NCBI GenBank assembly: GCA_964036045.1
Contig: OZ038378.1
Coordinates: 141,732,001-141,796,000 of the forward strand
DNA length: 64,000 nt
Direction of reading: 5' to 3'
Source of the DNA: Eutreptiella sp. 'Long Island Sound 2002'
Lineage: Eukaryota; Protista; Euglenida
This document shows, piece after piece, positions 63,574-64,000 of this stretch (position 1 is the first letter of the stretch; each line of letters begins with the position of its first letter). A program made the position numbers and the translations under genes. The notes beneath the pieces were generated by a model that was given only the letters and a program-made list of their open reading frames with translations, did no database searches and was not told the DNA's origin.

Positions 63574-64000
63574 CTGTGAGCAGGTGCAATGGGGTGTCAA
63601 AACAGGCTAAATGGCTACGTTTTCAAGCTATACCACTCCCAAGCCTACAGAAGGAGCCCTCAGTAACAAGGATCAGGCCATCCGCCTCATGTGCATTCAG
63701 TTGGTCCATGACTTCAGACGCCACAAACTGTCTTCGTTTCTCTTGTTGTGATGAAAATGCAGCAGAGCGGAACGTTCTAGACCCCCATCAGGGGAGCTTG
63801 ACTGGATGGCATGCCTAGTTGGTTGCATCTGATAGACCGAATGAGGACCAATAAGGAGGAACAATCATGATGCATGCATGCCAATACACATATGCATACC
63901 CCAGAAGGGTGGGCCTCCCCCAGGCCCGACGGTGACCAACCATGAGCTGGACCCAGCCAGTCGGCCCACCCCCCACGCTCCTCGACTAATTGTTGGCAGG

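Noticed and set aside
63640-63780. Upstream SLY1 exon or RNase H-like fragment (LILVTEGSF)
   Set aside because: No match to the expected Sly1 segment; the motif is too short to support RNase H.

Overview
This is repeat-rich eukaryotic nuclear DNA; no prokaryotic genes, RNA genes or CRISPR array were found. A euglenid or other euglenozoan-type protist is my inference (GC3-rich short exons, 0.9-4 kb GT-AG introns full of MITEs, a pyrimidine-AG acceptor just before a start codon); this is unverified. Two intact-looking spliced genes were assembled by hand, both on the minus strand. One is a Sec1/Munc18-family SLY1 (SCFD1) gene: 12 exons, 41962-63573, 507 aa visible, 5' part beyond the window, all 11 introns GT-AG with consistent phases. 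The other is a 3-exon, 423-aa tandem-CCCH zinc-finger gene (22674-29067). The rest is pseudogenes and nested mobile DNA: a ~925-codon retroelement-type ORF with about 14 SUMO-interacting-motif-like repeats; two tandem GT25-like glycosyltransferase pseudogenes, the second split by a 2.8-kb hAT-like element (8-bp TSD) carrying a decayed gene copy; a Sola-like element inside a (TA)n tract inside a second hAT-like element; a 1-kb foldback of palindromic units in an intron; a LINE-like remnant ending in two identically spaced Cys/His motifs; and an Ulp1 SUMO-protease pseudogene within a multi-level inverted repeat. All family calls come from motif recognition by eye, not database searches.
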